From positions 18,270 to 42,269 of the forward strand of contig NZ_ALVY01000227.1 in assembly GCF_000332035.1 (NCBI RefSeq): a stretch of 24,000 nucleotides of DNA. The letters run 5' to 3'. The position numbers were made by a program, and so were the translations under genes. The stretch is from Gloeocapsa sp. PCC 73106. Its GTDB lineage: Bacteria > Cyanobacteriota > Cyanobacteriia > Cyanobacteriales > Gloeocapsaceae. Below are positions 1-7,970 of this stretch, in pieces (position 1 is the first letter of the stretch; each line of letters opens with the position of its first letter). The notes below the pieces were generated by a model. That model saw only the letters and a list, made by a program, of their open reading frames with translations, was not told where the DNA came from and did no database searches.

Positions 1-579
1 GCTGACTGGGAAGACATCATCACCAGTATCTCCGCTAAAGCCCTGTTTCTCGCCCAACTTCTAGCTGGGGAAATGCCACCAGAGATCGAAGAAGTATTTA
101 CCGCTAATGGCTTGAGTCTATTCCCATTCAATCTTTCCGATATCAATTCTCATTGTACCTGTCCCGATCCCGTTAATCCCTGTAAACACATCGGCGCTGT
201 CTATTACCAGTTAGGCGATCGCTTCAGCGAAGATCCCTTCATCCTCTTGCAACTGCGCGGCAAAACCAAACAAGCAATTATCCTAGCTTTGCGCCAATTA
301 CGTCAACAAGAAGTAGACTTAACCACCGCGACTTTACCCCCAAGTCCTCCTACACCAGAACCCTCTTCAACCCCAAGCAACCCCAACCAAGCAGATTTTT
401 GGTCCTATCGTGAACCCCTCGACCCCTCTTTAGTCAAAATTACTCCCCCCGAGTCCCATAAAACCCCTTTAGACGTACTTGGGCCTTTACCTCATAGGGA
501 AGCCGAGCTAATAGAAAAATATCTCCAACAAGTCTATCAAAGCGTGCCCAGACGTATTCTAGAAAAGAACTCAGCTTAA
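1..579 (+). CDS. SWIM zinc-finger domain protein, C-terminal part (ORF runs off the 5' edge of the window)
   Basis: Frame 1 is open from nt 1 (ADWEDIITSISAKALFLAQLLAGE precedes the first listed Met at 73), so the gene starts upstream of the window. It has the SWIM-type CxCx(n)CxH signature HCTCPDPVNPCKH, followed by a Pro/Ser/Thr-rich low-complexity stretch. Confidence 0.75.
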   Translation, partial: ADWEDIITSISAKALFLAQLLAGEMPPEIEEVFTANGLSLFPFNLSDINSHCTCPDPVNPCKHIGAVYYQLGDRFSEDPFILLQLRGKTKQAIILALRQLRQQEVDLTTATLPPSPPTPEPSSTPSNPNQADFWSYREPLDPSLVKITPPESHKTPLDVLGPLPHREAELIEKYLQQVYQSVPRRILEKNSA

Positions 580-720
580 GATATAGCTATTAGAAAGGAA
601 AAGGGTAAAGGGGTTGAATTATCCTAACTTTAATTCGTACTGTTAAAAGATGTAACTATAATTGAAACTGAATTAGAAATAGAGATTATAATACTCGAAA
701 ATTGAGAAAAATATAATGTA

Positions 721-2415
721 ATGACTACTTCAGTCTTTCTCTATCTGGCTGTTATTATTTTAGGAGCGTTTTACTCTCCCACAGTGCTCGCTCAAATTCC
801 GCCCCAGCGGGATCCCGTCAGACCAGAATTCCCTGAAGAAGTTCCTAAACCTTTAGAAACACCAGAGTTACAACTTCCCCCTCGTCCTACCCCTCCCTCC
901 CCTCCTGAAGAGGTAATACCAGGTTCCGGGGTTAAAGTAACAGGATTTGAATTTACAGGCAATACAGCTTTCAGTGAGGCAGAGTTACAGGAAGTGCTTC
1001 AGGATTTCCTAGGCTTAGAAATTAGTTTCGCTGATTTGGTACAGATAGAAAGAATTATTACTGAACTTTATTTTAATAACGGTTACATTAACTCCCAAGC
1101 AATCATCGAAGCTGACCAAATCTTTCCCCAAGCAGGAGGGGTAATCGTAGTGACTATAATTGAAGGGGGAGTAGAAGAGATTATTGTCAACGGGACTCGA
1201 CGTCTTAAAGCAGATTATATCCGTTCTCGCCTGGGTTTAGCAGTCCAAACCCCCCTAAATCAAAATCGTTTGCTGCGAGCTCTACAATTGTTACAGCTAA
1301 ATCCTCTGATTGAAAATATTTCAGCTCAATTATCTGCAGGAGTTCAACCCAACTCAAGTGTACTCGAGGTAGAAATCAAAGAAGCCGATAGTTTGGACAT
1401 AGATATATTCGCTAACAACGGGCGTAATGCGTCAGTGGGTAGTTTTCGTCGGGGATTTCATCTGGGAGAGGGAAATTTGTTTGGTTTTGGCGATCGCGTC
1501 GACTTAACTTACACTAATACCAATGGAAGTAACACAGTAGATTTTAGTTACGAGATTCCGGTAAGTCCCCGTAACACCAGCATCAGACTAGCAGGAGGGT
1601 ATAGTACCAGTGAAATAGTCGATCGCCTATTTAATGAGTTAGACATTACTGGAAATTATTACTACTATGAAGCTTCCGTACGTCACCCTATTTTCCAAAC
1701 TCCCAGTCAAGAATTTGCTCTGGGATTGACTTTATCCCGTCAGGAAAGCAAAAATTTTCTCCTAGGGGAAAGATTCCCTATTGCAGTAGGAGCTGATGAG
1801 TCTGGAGAAATCAAGATTTCAGCTATTCGCTTCTTTCAAGACTACGTTAAACGCAACGCGGTAGAAGTGATCGCCTTCAATTCAGAATTGAGTTTCGGAG
1901 TCGATGTATTTGATGCTAGTAATAACCCCGAGGGGATTCCCGATAGTAATTTTGTAACCTGGCGTACCCAAGGGCAATATGTGAGAATAGTACCACTAAA
2001 CGCACTACTAGTAATACGCTCAGACCTGCAACTCTCCTCTGCTCGACTAGTGGGGTTGGAACAGCTATCTATTGGTGGCTTAGGAAGCGTCAGAGGGTAC
2101 CCCCAAGATTTCGTCCTCACAGATAATGGTTTTGTGCTTACCAGCGAAGTGCGTATACCCGTATGGCGATTAGCCCGAGACCAAGGGATTCTCAGTATAG
2201 TACCCTTTGTAGACTTCGGGATAGGTTGGAATCACGGAGATGCTCCCAATCCAGATCCCAACGCACTAGTGGGTATAGGAGCCGGAGTACTCTGGCAAAT
2301 GGGAGAGAGACTGGCGGCTCGCTTTGACTGGGGGATTCCTCTAGTTAGTTCTGATAACGAGGGTAAATCCCTCAACTCCCAGGGACTTTACTTCTCTCTA
2401 GACGTACGTTTTTAA
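721..2415 (+). CDS. ShlB/FhaC/HecB-family (TpsB-like) outer-membrane secretion/activation protein with POTRA domain
   Basis: 564 aa. N-terminal signal peptide (..AFYSPTVLA/Q), then a Pro-rich linker. A ShlB-type POTRA region follows (VKVTGFEFTGNTAFSEAELQEVL..LYFNNGYINSQ). The C-terminal half is beta-barrel-like with alternating residues and ends in the OMP-typical terminal Phe (YFSLDVRF). Confidence 0.85.
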   Translation: MTTSVFLYLAVIILGAFYSPTVLAQIPPQRDPVRPEFPEEVPKPLETPELQLPPRPTPPSPPEEVIPGSGVKVTGFEFTGNTAFSEAELQEVLQDFLGLEISFADLVQIERIITELYFNNGYINSQAIIEADQIFPQAGGVIVVTIIEGGVEEIIVNGTRRLKADYIRSRLGLAVQTPLNQNRLLRALQLLQLNPLIENISAQLSAGVQPNSSVLEVEIKEADSLDIDIFANNGRNASVGSFRRGFHLGEGNLFGFGDRVDLTYTNTNGSNTVDFSYEIPVSPRNTSIRLAGGYSTSEIVDRLFNELDITGNYYYYEASVRHPIFQTPSQEFALGLTLSRQESKNFLLGERFPIAVGADESGEIKISAIRFFQDYVKRNAVEVIAFNSELSFGVDVFDASNNPEGIPDSNFVTWRTQGQYVRIVPLNALLVIRSDLQLSSARLVGLEQLSIGGLGSVRGYPQDFVLTDNGFVLTSEVRIPVWRLARDQGILSIVPFVDFGIGWNHGDAPNPDPNALVGIGAGVLWQMGERLAARFDWGIPLVSSDNEGKSLNSQGLYFSLDVRF

Positions 2416-2420
2416 ATATT

Positions 2421-5102
2421 ATGTATAAACTAACTAAACGAATCAAGCGATCTCTATTGGTGTTCCTAATCCTATTCACTTTCTCTTTGAGTTTGGGTCC
2501 AGTCACAGCTCAAATATCCTCCCAGAGAGCTCTACAACTAGTAGAACAAGGTCAACAGCTCCATCAAGCTCAACAGTACGAACAAGCAATCCCCGTCTGG
2601 CAAGAAGCGATCGACCTTTTTCCCGCCGATTCCCCCAACCGAGCTATGGCTGTTAGTAATCTCGCTTTGACCTATCAGTATTTACAACAGTGGGATGCTG
2701 CTCAAGAAGCTATAAATCAAAGCCTATCTATCTTAGAATCTGTCCCAACTACTCCAGAGCAACAACGAATTTTAGCTCAAACTCTGGATATTCAAGGAAG
2801 ACTCCAACAAGAAACCGGAAAACCCCAAGAAGCGATTAACACCTGGCAACGAGCGGCAGCTATTCATACTGACTCCACAGCCTTGAGTTTAAATCAAATC
2901 AATCAAGCTCAAGCTTTACAAGATCTGGGCTTCTACCCCAAAGCTTGTAGCACTCTACTTGGAATCCTAGAACTACCTAATTCAGAATGTACAATTTCCC
3001 TGGAAACACCGGAAACACTGGAAACACCGAAACCAACCCTGACTACTCCTGCTACACCTATCCGAGCTCAAGCCCTACGCAGTCTGGGTAATGTGCTCAG
3101 GGTGATTGGAGATTTACAGCAGTCTCAACAAGCTCTAGAAGCCAGTTTAACCATCTTCCAGGAGCTCAATCTTCCAGATGAAGCAAAACAAACCAACCTC
3201 AATCTCGGTAATACCCTCAGAGTACTTGCTAATAGATCCGAGGAAATTGGTGATTTTGGAGCAGCCGAAAGTTATCGACAACAAGCTCTAAATAGTTACC
3301 AACAAGCAACTTTTCATCCATCCTTAATTCTATCCCTCCAAGCTCAGCTCAAACAAGTAGAATTACTCATGGAGTTGGAGGAATGGGACCAAGCTGGAGG
3401 TTTAATCTCTCCCGTCAGGACAACAACTGATCGTCTCCCAATCAGTAGAGAAGCTATCTATCTTCAGCTTAACTACGCTAAAACTATCCTCTGTCTCGAG
3501 CAACAGAACGCCGCTTGTTTAGCTCCTAGAAGTCTCGATCTATCCCTCGTGCAAGAATCAACTCTGACAGAAGCTGCAGCAATTTTCAGAAGTAGCATTG
3601 AGCGAGCCGGTCAAATTCAGGATCTACGCACCCAATCTTATGGGTATGCTTTACTCGGAAGACTCTACGAAAGTCAGGAAAATTGGCAACCTGCTGGCGA
3701 ATACACAGAGCAAGCTCTATCTAAGTCTTGGCAAGCTCAAGCATCGGAATTAACGTATCAATGGCAATGGCAAAAAGCCAGAATCCTCAGCGCTCAAGGA
3801 CAAACCGAGCAAGCTCTGATCCTCTATGCACAAACCTTACAAACTCTCCAATCCTTGCGTAGCGATCTAGTTTCGGTAAATCCCGAAATTCGCTTTACCT
3901 TCCAAGAAAGCATCGAGCCCATTTATCGCCAGTATGTCAGCTTATTAATACCCCCTCAAACCAAAGGCGAATCATCTCCGGAAAATCTGGAACAAGCTCG
4001 CTCCATCATCGATTCTCTACAACTAGCTGAACTAGAAAACTTCTTCCGCTTGGTGTGTTTAGATGCTGTCCCTGTGGCGATCGATCAGGTAACCGACAAA
4101 AATGACCCCACTGCTGCGGTTATTTACCCGATTCTTCTAGAAGATCGCTTCGAAATCATCCTGAAACTACCAGGTCAACCTCTGCGTCACTATACCACGC
4201 CCATCGATGGGCTAGAACGAACTCAGAGAATTCTCAATCGGTTAACCCAGTCTTTGACTCAAGCTAATAATCAGGAAACCCTTCCTTTGGCTGAGCAAAT
4301 CTACGACTGGATCCTGCGTCCTATAGCAGAAGATTTGACGGCTAGTAAGGTCAAAACTTTGGTTTTTGTCTTAGATAGTGCCCTGAGAAACGTACCCATG
4401 AGTGTACTGTATGATGGTCAACAGTATCTCGTAGAAAGCTATGGGATTACTCTGATTCCCAGTTTACAATTACTAGATCCTCTACCCTTTCAAGAGTTGA
4501 GAACCCAAGCTTTACTAGCAGGGTTAAGTAAAGCTAGAGATAAATTTTCCCCTTTACCATTTGTACCTGAAGAGTTAGAAAAGATTCAATCTCAATTTCC
4601 TAGTAGTCTGAGTCTTTTGGATCAAAGTTTTACCCGGGATGGCTTGGAAGATGCTATTAATTCTGTTCCCTTTAACGTTGTTCATCTAGCGACCCATGGA
4701 CAGTTTAGTTCTCAGCCAGAGCAAACTTTTATCCTTAGTTGGGATACTCGTATTTATATCGATGATTTGAATACTTTGATTCGTGATAGAACTGATAATT
4801 CTGAAGCGATCGAACTCCTAGTTTTTAGTGCTTGTGAAACCCTGACAGGTGATGACCGTGCTGCACTTGGTTTAGCTGGAGTCGCCATCAGAGCAGGAGC
4901 CCGTAGTACTTTAGCAACCCTCTGGCAGGTGCAAGATGAAGCCACTGCTATTCTGATGGGTCGGTTTTATCAAAGTTTTCAAGATCCTTCTGTTACTAAA
5001 GCTGATGCTCTGCGTCAAGCTCAACTAACTCTACTTGAAGATAATAACTTCCAAAGTCCTCACTTCTGGGGAGCTTATGTACTTTTAGGCAATTGGCTTT
5101 AA
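2421..5102 (+). CDS. secreted TPR-repeat / CHAT-domain (caspase-like) protein
   Basis: 893 aa, starting 5 nt after the ShlB-like stop. Sec-type signal peptide (MYKLTKRIKRSLLVFLILFTFSLSLGPVTA/Q). A long Q/L/A-rich TPR-like helical repeat region is followed by a C-terminal CHAT domain with the His/Cys dyad context VVHLATHGQF and LLVFSACETL. Confidence 0.85.
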   Translation: MYKLTKRIKRSLLVFLILFTFSLSLGPVTAQISSQRALQLVEQGQQLHQAQQYEQAIPVWQEAIDLFPADSPNRAMAVSNLALTYQYLQQWDAAQEAINQSLSILESVPTTPEQQRILAQTLDIQGRLQQETGKPQEAINTWQRAAAIHTDSTALSLNQINQAQALQDLGFYPKACSTLLGILELPNSECTISLETPETLETPKPTLTTPATPIRAQALRSLGNVLRVIGDLQQSQQALEASLTIFQELNLPDEAKQTNLNLGNTLRVLANRSEEIGDFGAAESYRQQALNSYQQATFHPSLILSLQAQLKQVELLMELEEWDQAGGLISPVRTTTDRLPISREAIYLQLNYAKTILCLEQQNAACLAPRSLDLSLVQESTLTEAAAIFRSSIERAGQIQDLRTQSYGYALLGRLYESQENWQPAGEYTEQALSKSWQAQASELTYQWQWQKARILSAQGQTEQALILYAQTLQTLQSLRSDLVSVNPEIRFTFQESIEPIYRQYVSLLIPPQTKGESSPENLEQARSIIDSLQLAELENFFRLVCLDAVPVAIDQVTDKNDPTAAVIYPILLEDRFEIILKLPGQPLRHYTTPIDGLERTQRILNRLTQSLTQANNQETLPLAEQIYDWILRPIAEDLTASKVKTLVFVLDSALRNVPMSVLYDGQQYLVESYGITLIPSLQLLDPLPFQELRTQALLAGLSKARDKFSPLPFVPEELEKIQSQFPSSLSLLDQSFTRDGLEDAINSVPFNVVHLATHGQFSSQPEQTFILSWDTRIYIDDLNTLIRDRTDNSEAIELLVFSACETLTGDDRAALGLAGVAIRAGARSTLATLWQVQDEATAILMGRFYQSFQDPSVTKADALRQAQLTLLEDNNFQSPHFWGAYVLLGNWL
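3002..3034 (+). repeat. 9-nt tandem repeat (ggaaacacy x3 plus a partial copy) inside the CHAT gene, encoding ETPETLETPKP
   Basis: Read directly: ggaaacacc ggaaacact ggaaacacc gaaacc. It is in frame (multiples of 3). Confidence 0.8.
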
Positions 5103-5106
5103 GCGC

Positions 5107-5136
5107 TTGACAATACTGTCTGTTTGTTGATAAGCT
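5107..5136 (+). promoter_or_regulatory. candidate sigma70-type promoter upstream of the kinase gene
   Basis: Perfect -35 hexamer TTGACA at 5107-5112. After a 17-18 nt spacer there is only a weak -10 candidate (ATAAGC/TAAGCT). It sits 30 nt upstream of the ATG at 5166. Sequence match only. Confidence 0.25.
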
Positions 5137-5165
5137 CATGATACGATGGTGTTTTTACGTTAATT

Positions 5166-7106
5166 ATGCGCTATTGTCTTAATCCAGGGTGTCCTAACCA
5201 CGTCAACCCCGATCACAACACTCTCTGTCAAGGTTGTAGACTCAATTTGGATGAGCAATTGGAAGGCTACCAATTTGGGCAATATAGAATTCTGGAAATT
5301 CTAGGACAAGGAGGGTTTGGCAGGACTTATAAAGCCCTAGATACCTGGTGCTTGGATAGACCCTGCGTGATCAAGAAACTGCTTGTCGCAGGCAGAGATA
5401 ACATCCTGGACCAGATTAAGGAGATGTTTAAACGGGAAGCTCAGCAACTACTCGAACTAGACCATTCCCGCATCCCTAAACTGTACGCTTACCCTAACCT
5501 AGGGAATGATTTTTATTTAGTCCAAGAATATATTGATGGAGTCACTCTGACTAAAGAATGGTATCAACAGGGTGACTTTACTGACCAGAAAATCGAGGAG
5601 TTATTAAAGCAATTGGTGCCAATATTAGTCTATATCCAAAAGAAAAATATATTGCACCGGGATATCAAACCAGACAATATTATGAGGAGGACTAAAGATA
5701 ATTTGCTGGTGTTAATTGACTTTGGAGCGGCCAGAGTCAAGGTAGAGTCTGATGGTGTGACAATGACTGCTATCTACACTCCTGAATACGCTTCTGTTGA
5801 GCAAATCCGAGGAAACGCAGACAAATCGACCGATATTTATAGTTTAGGAGTAACTTGTGTTCGCTTGCGCACAGGTTGTCTGAAAAGCGATCGCAATAAT
5901 TTAATCTACGATAACAGCAGGAATCGCTGGAAGTATCGACAATATTTGGAAGTTCAAGGAAATGAATTAAATCCGAAATTAGCTAGTATTCTAGATAAGA
6001 TGACAGCGATTAATTTAGAAGATCGCTATCAGAATGCTCAGGAATTGTGGGAAGATATCAAAAAGTACGAGGAGGACGTAAGTCCTGAGCCACCTCCTCC
6101 ACCACCACCACCACCACCAATATCATTAATAGAGCATTTATTAAAACTATTAAATTTCAAGATAAATCGTTTAGAATTTTTCAAATGGTTGGGTTGGGGA
6201 TTTTTAGGCTTAGCAGGATGGGGTGGAGTAAGTTTATGGCGAGGGGGAGGGGGTACTCCTGGGGGAATTGAAACAGTTCCTCCTCCTACTTCAAATACTA
6301 CTGTGGAGTTTCAAACTCTACAAATTAATGAGATAGGAGAGGTAGTCTCTCAAGAGAATCTAAGCACTGAATTGCTCCAACTTGACTTGAGTAGAGGGGT
6401 TACCCTGGATTTTCTCAAGATTCCATCCGCAATTTTCTTAAGAGGTTCCCCCGAAACTGAAGAAGGAAGATCTAGCGATGAGGGTCCTCAAATTGAAGTA
6501 CAAATATCACAATTTTGGTTGGGGAAACATCCTGTAACTCAAGCGCAGTATCAGCAGATCATGGGGATTAATCCTTCTCATTTCGAAGGAAATAACCGTC
6601 CAGTAGAACAAGTGAGTTGGGAAGATGCTATCAAGTTTTGTGAAGCATCATCCCATAAGCTAGGACAAACGGTCAGACTTCCAAGTGAAGCGGAGTGGGA
6701 ATACGCCTGTCGAGGAGGTACTATTACGCCTTTTGCTTTTGGACCGATTTTGACGAGTGAACTAGCTAATTACAATGGGAGATACTACGATGGGAAAACA
6801 TTAAAAGGTACAGATAAAAAAGAAACTACGGAAGTGGGAAGTTATCCACCCAATAGATTTGGGCTTCATGACTGTCACGGTAACGTTTGGGAATGGTGTC
6901 AAGATGATTATGTAGATAGTTATGCAAAAGCTTTCACTGACGGGACACCGGTTTCAGCAGTGGGAAATGAGAATGAAAAGGTATTTAGGGGGGGATCTTG
7001 GCTTAATTCTCGTCTCAATCTCCGTTCTGCTTACCGTAATAAAGGCGATCGCACTCTTAAACGTAGTAATATTGGTTTCCGCGTTGTGTTAGTTGATATA
7101 ATCTAG
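5166..7106 (+). CDS. receptor-like Ser/Thr protein kinase: N-terminal Cys4 zinc ribbon, Hanks kinase, poly-Pro linker, one TM helix, C-terminal FGE-sulfatase (SUMF1)-like domain
   Basis: - Zinc ribbon: CLNPGC..CQGC.
- Kinase motifs: GQGGFGRTYKA, VIKK, HRDIKPDNIM, DFGAA, TPEYASVEQ.
- Linker: PEPPPPPPPPPP.
- Hydrophobic segment: FFKWLGWGFLGLAGWGGVSLW.
- FGE-sulfatase-like motifs: FWLGKHPVTQAQY, RLPSEAEWEYACRGG, GNVWEWCQDDY, RGGSW, IGFRVV. Confidence 0.85.
   Translation: MRYCLNPGCPNHVNPDHNTLCQGCRLNLDEQLEGYQFGQYRILEILGQGGFGRTYKALDTWCLDRPCVIKKLLVAGRDNILDQIKEMFKREAQQLLELDHSRIPKLYAYPNLGNDFYLVQEYIDGVTLTKEWYQQGDFTDQKIEELLKQLVPILVYIQKKNILHRDIKPDNIMRRTKDNLLVLIDFGAARVKVESDGVTMTAIYTPEYASVEQIRGNADKSTDIYSLGVTCVRLRTGCLKSDRNNLIYDNSRNRWKYRQYLEVQGNELNPKLASILDKMTAINLEDRYQNAQELWEDIKKYEEDVSPEPPPPPPPPPPISLIEHLLKLLNFKINRLEFFKWLGWGFLGLAGWGGVSLWRGGGGTPGGIETVPPPTSNTTVEFQTLQINEIGEVVSQENLSTELLQLDLSRGVTLDFLKIPSAIFLRGSPETEEGRSSDEGPQIEVQISQFWLGKHPVTQAQYQQIMGINPSHFEGNNRPVEQVSWEDAIKFCEASSHKLGQTVRLPSEAEWEYACRGGTITPFAFGPILTSELANYNGRYYDGKTLKGTDKKETTEVGSYPPNRFGLHDCHGNVWEWCQDDYVDSYAKAFTDGTPVSAVGNENEKVFRGGSWLNSRLNLRSAYRNKGDRTLKRSNIGFRVVLVDII
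6099..6119 (+). repeat. (CCA)7 microsatellite within a 10-codon proline run of the kinase gene
   Basis: Read directly: cca cct cct then cca x7 (6090-6119), encoding P10. Confidence 0.9.
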
Positions 7107-7210
7107 AAAAGTATTGGCTGATGTGTTTTCCTTTCTAGCTTATAAGGATAGCCGTTGGTTTACAGGACAAAGGATCGAAGCATCAGGTGGAGCTCATTTG
7201 TGATTTAATC

Positions 7211-7948
7211 TTAGTTAAGGCGGATTCGGAATTTAGTTAATCCTGAAAATTCGTCATTGAAATAGTCGGCATAAAAGGTTTGATAAGGTTTAAACCCAAC
7301 AGATTCATAGGTGTGTCGAGCTGTGTCATTGCCATTAATTATCATGATACCAGCATGAGAGTATTGGCGCGATCGCCCTTCTTCTAGTTGTGCTCCCACC
7401 AGAATTTTACCCAGCCCTCTGCCGCGTGCTTCAGGTACTACCGCAACAATTTCAATGATCCAGGGTGCTTGTGGTTTTAAAAAAGCGGGTTGGCTGTCAT
7501 CTCCAAATAGTTGCTTATAACGGTTCTGAAACTCTATAGTAGTTTGTTTTGACCATCCTAATATCTGAGCGATCGCGTCAAGACGGGATAGAGATAATAT
7601 ACGGTAATCCTCGGAATATGGAGTATAACCGGCAGCAGCAGCAACAGGTTGATTATTTTCTTCCAATATGAGAAAATCAGCCACATTCCCCCAGTTGGAT
7701 CATTCTGCTTGGAGCATCGCTGCAATAAACTGCAAAGAATTGGTATGGGTTTCTTGGAGAAAATCATCCCAAAAACAGTGATTGGTCGGTGGTAAGGTTG
7801 CTTCGTAGTGAATTTTCGCTAAAAAGGGAATGTCTGAGATTGTTGCTTTTCTCGTTTGCAAGTTTGCTTGAACTGTCTTCATTTGCTTGAATAGATTCCT
7901 AAAAGATATAGTGCTACACACTAGGGAAAGAGGAAGTGAATTACTCAT
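7211..7948 (-). pseudogene. GNAT-family N-acetyltransferase interrupted by a single in-frame TGA (pseudogene, split gene or sequencing error)
   Basis: The two listed ORFs (7700-7948 and 7211-7684) are in the same frame. The minus strand reads ..GCA GAA TGA TCC AAC TGG GGG AAT GTG GCT GAT.. = ..QAE*SNWGNVADFLILEE.. The N-terminal part looks like a GNAT beta1/alpha1 region (TRKATISDIPFLAKIHYEA). The C-terminal part carries the acetyl-CoA motif (VVPEARGRGLGKILV). An alternative start is the ATG at 7882 (MKTVQANL). Confidence 0.7.
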
Positions 7949-7970
7949 CGCCCCTTATCCTTAATTTAAC

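Noticed and set aside
1842-2120. Antisense ORFs within long genes (1842-2120, 4754-4945, 12139-12384, 13091-13519, 17428-17679, 19271-19465, 22932-23691 set, 10357-10581, 11110-11316)
   Set aside because: Each is fully embedded antisense in, or overlapping, a well-supported longer gene. Their composition is skewed (Arg/Ser/Leu-rich), which is typical of shadow ORFs.
7103-7139. Hairpin CTAGAAA..TTTCTAG after the kinase gene as a terminator
   Set aside because: The loop is about 20 nt and no U tract follows. It overlaps the stop codon. The support is insufficient to call a terminator.
7700-7702. Selenocysteine or programmed recoding at the GNAT TGA
   Set aside because: I saw no SECIS-like hairpin immediately downstream. 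GNATs are not selenoproteins. A TGG-to-TGA nonsense change is the simpler explanation.
7558-7767. 69-aa ORF bridging the two GNAT fragments, suggesting a frameshift
   Set aside because: The two GNAT fragments are in the same frame and are separated only by a TGA. The bridging ORF is out of frame and has a low-complexity, non-GNAT sequence.
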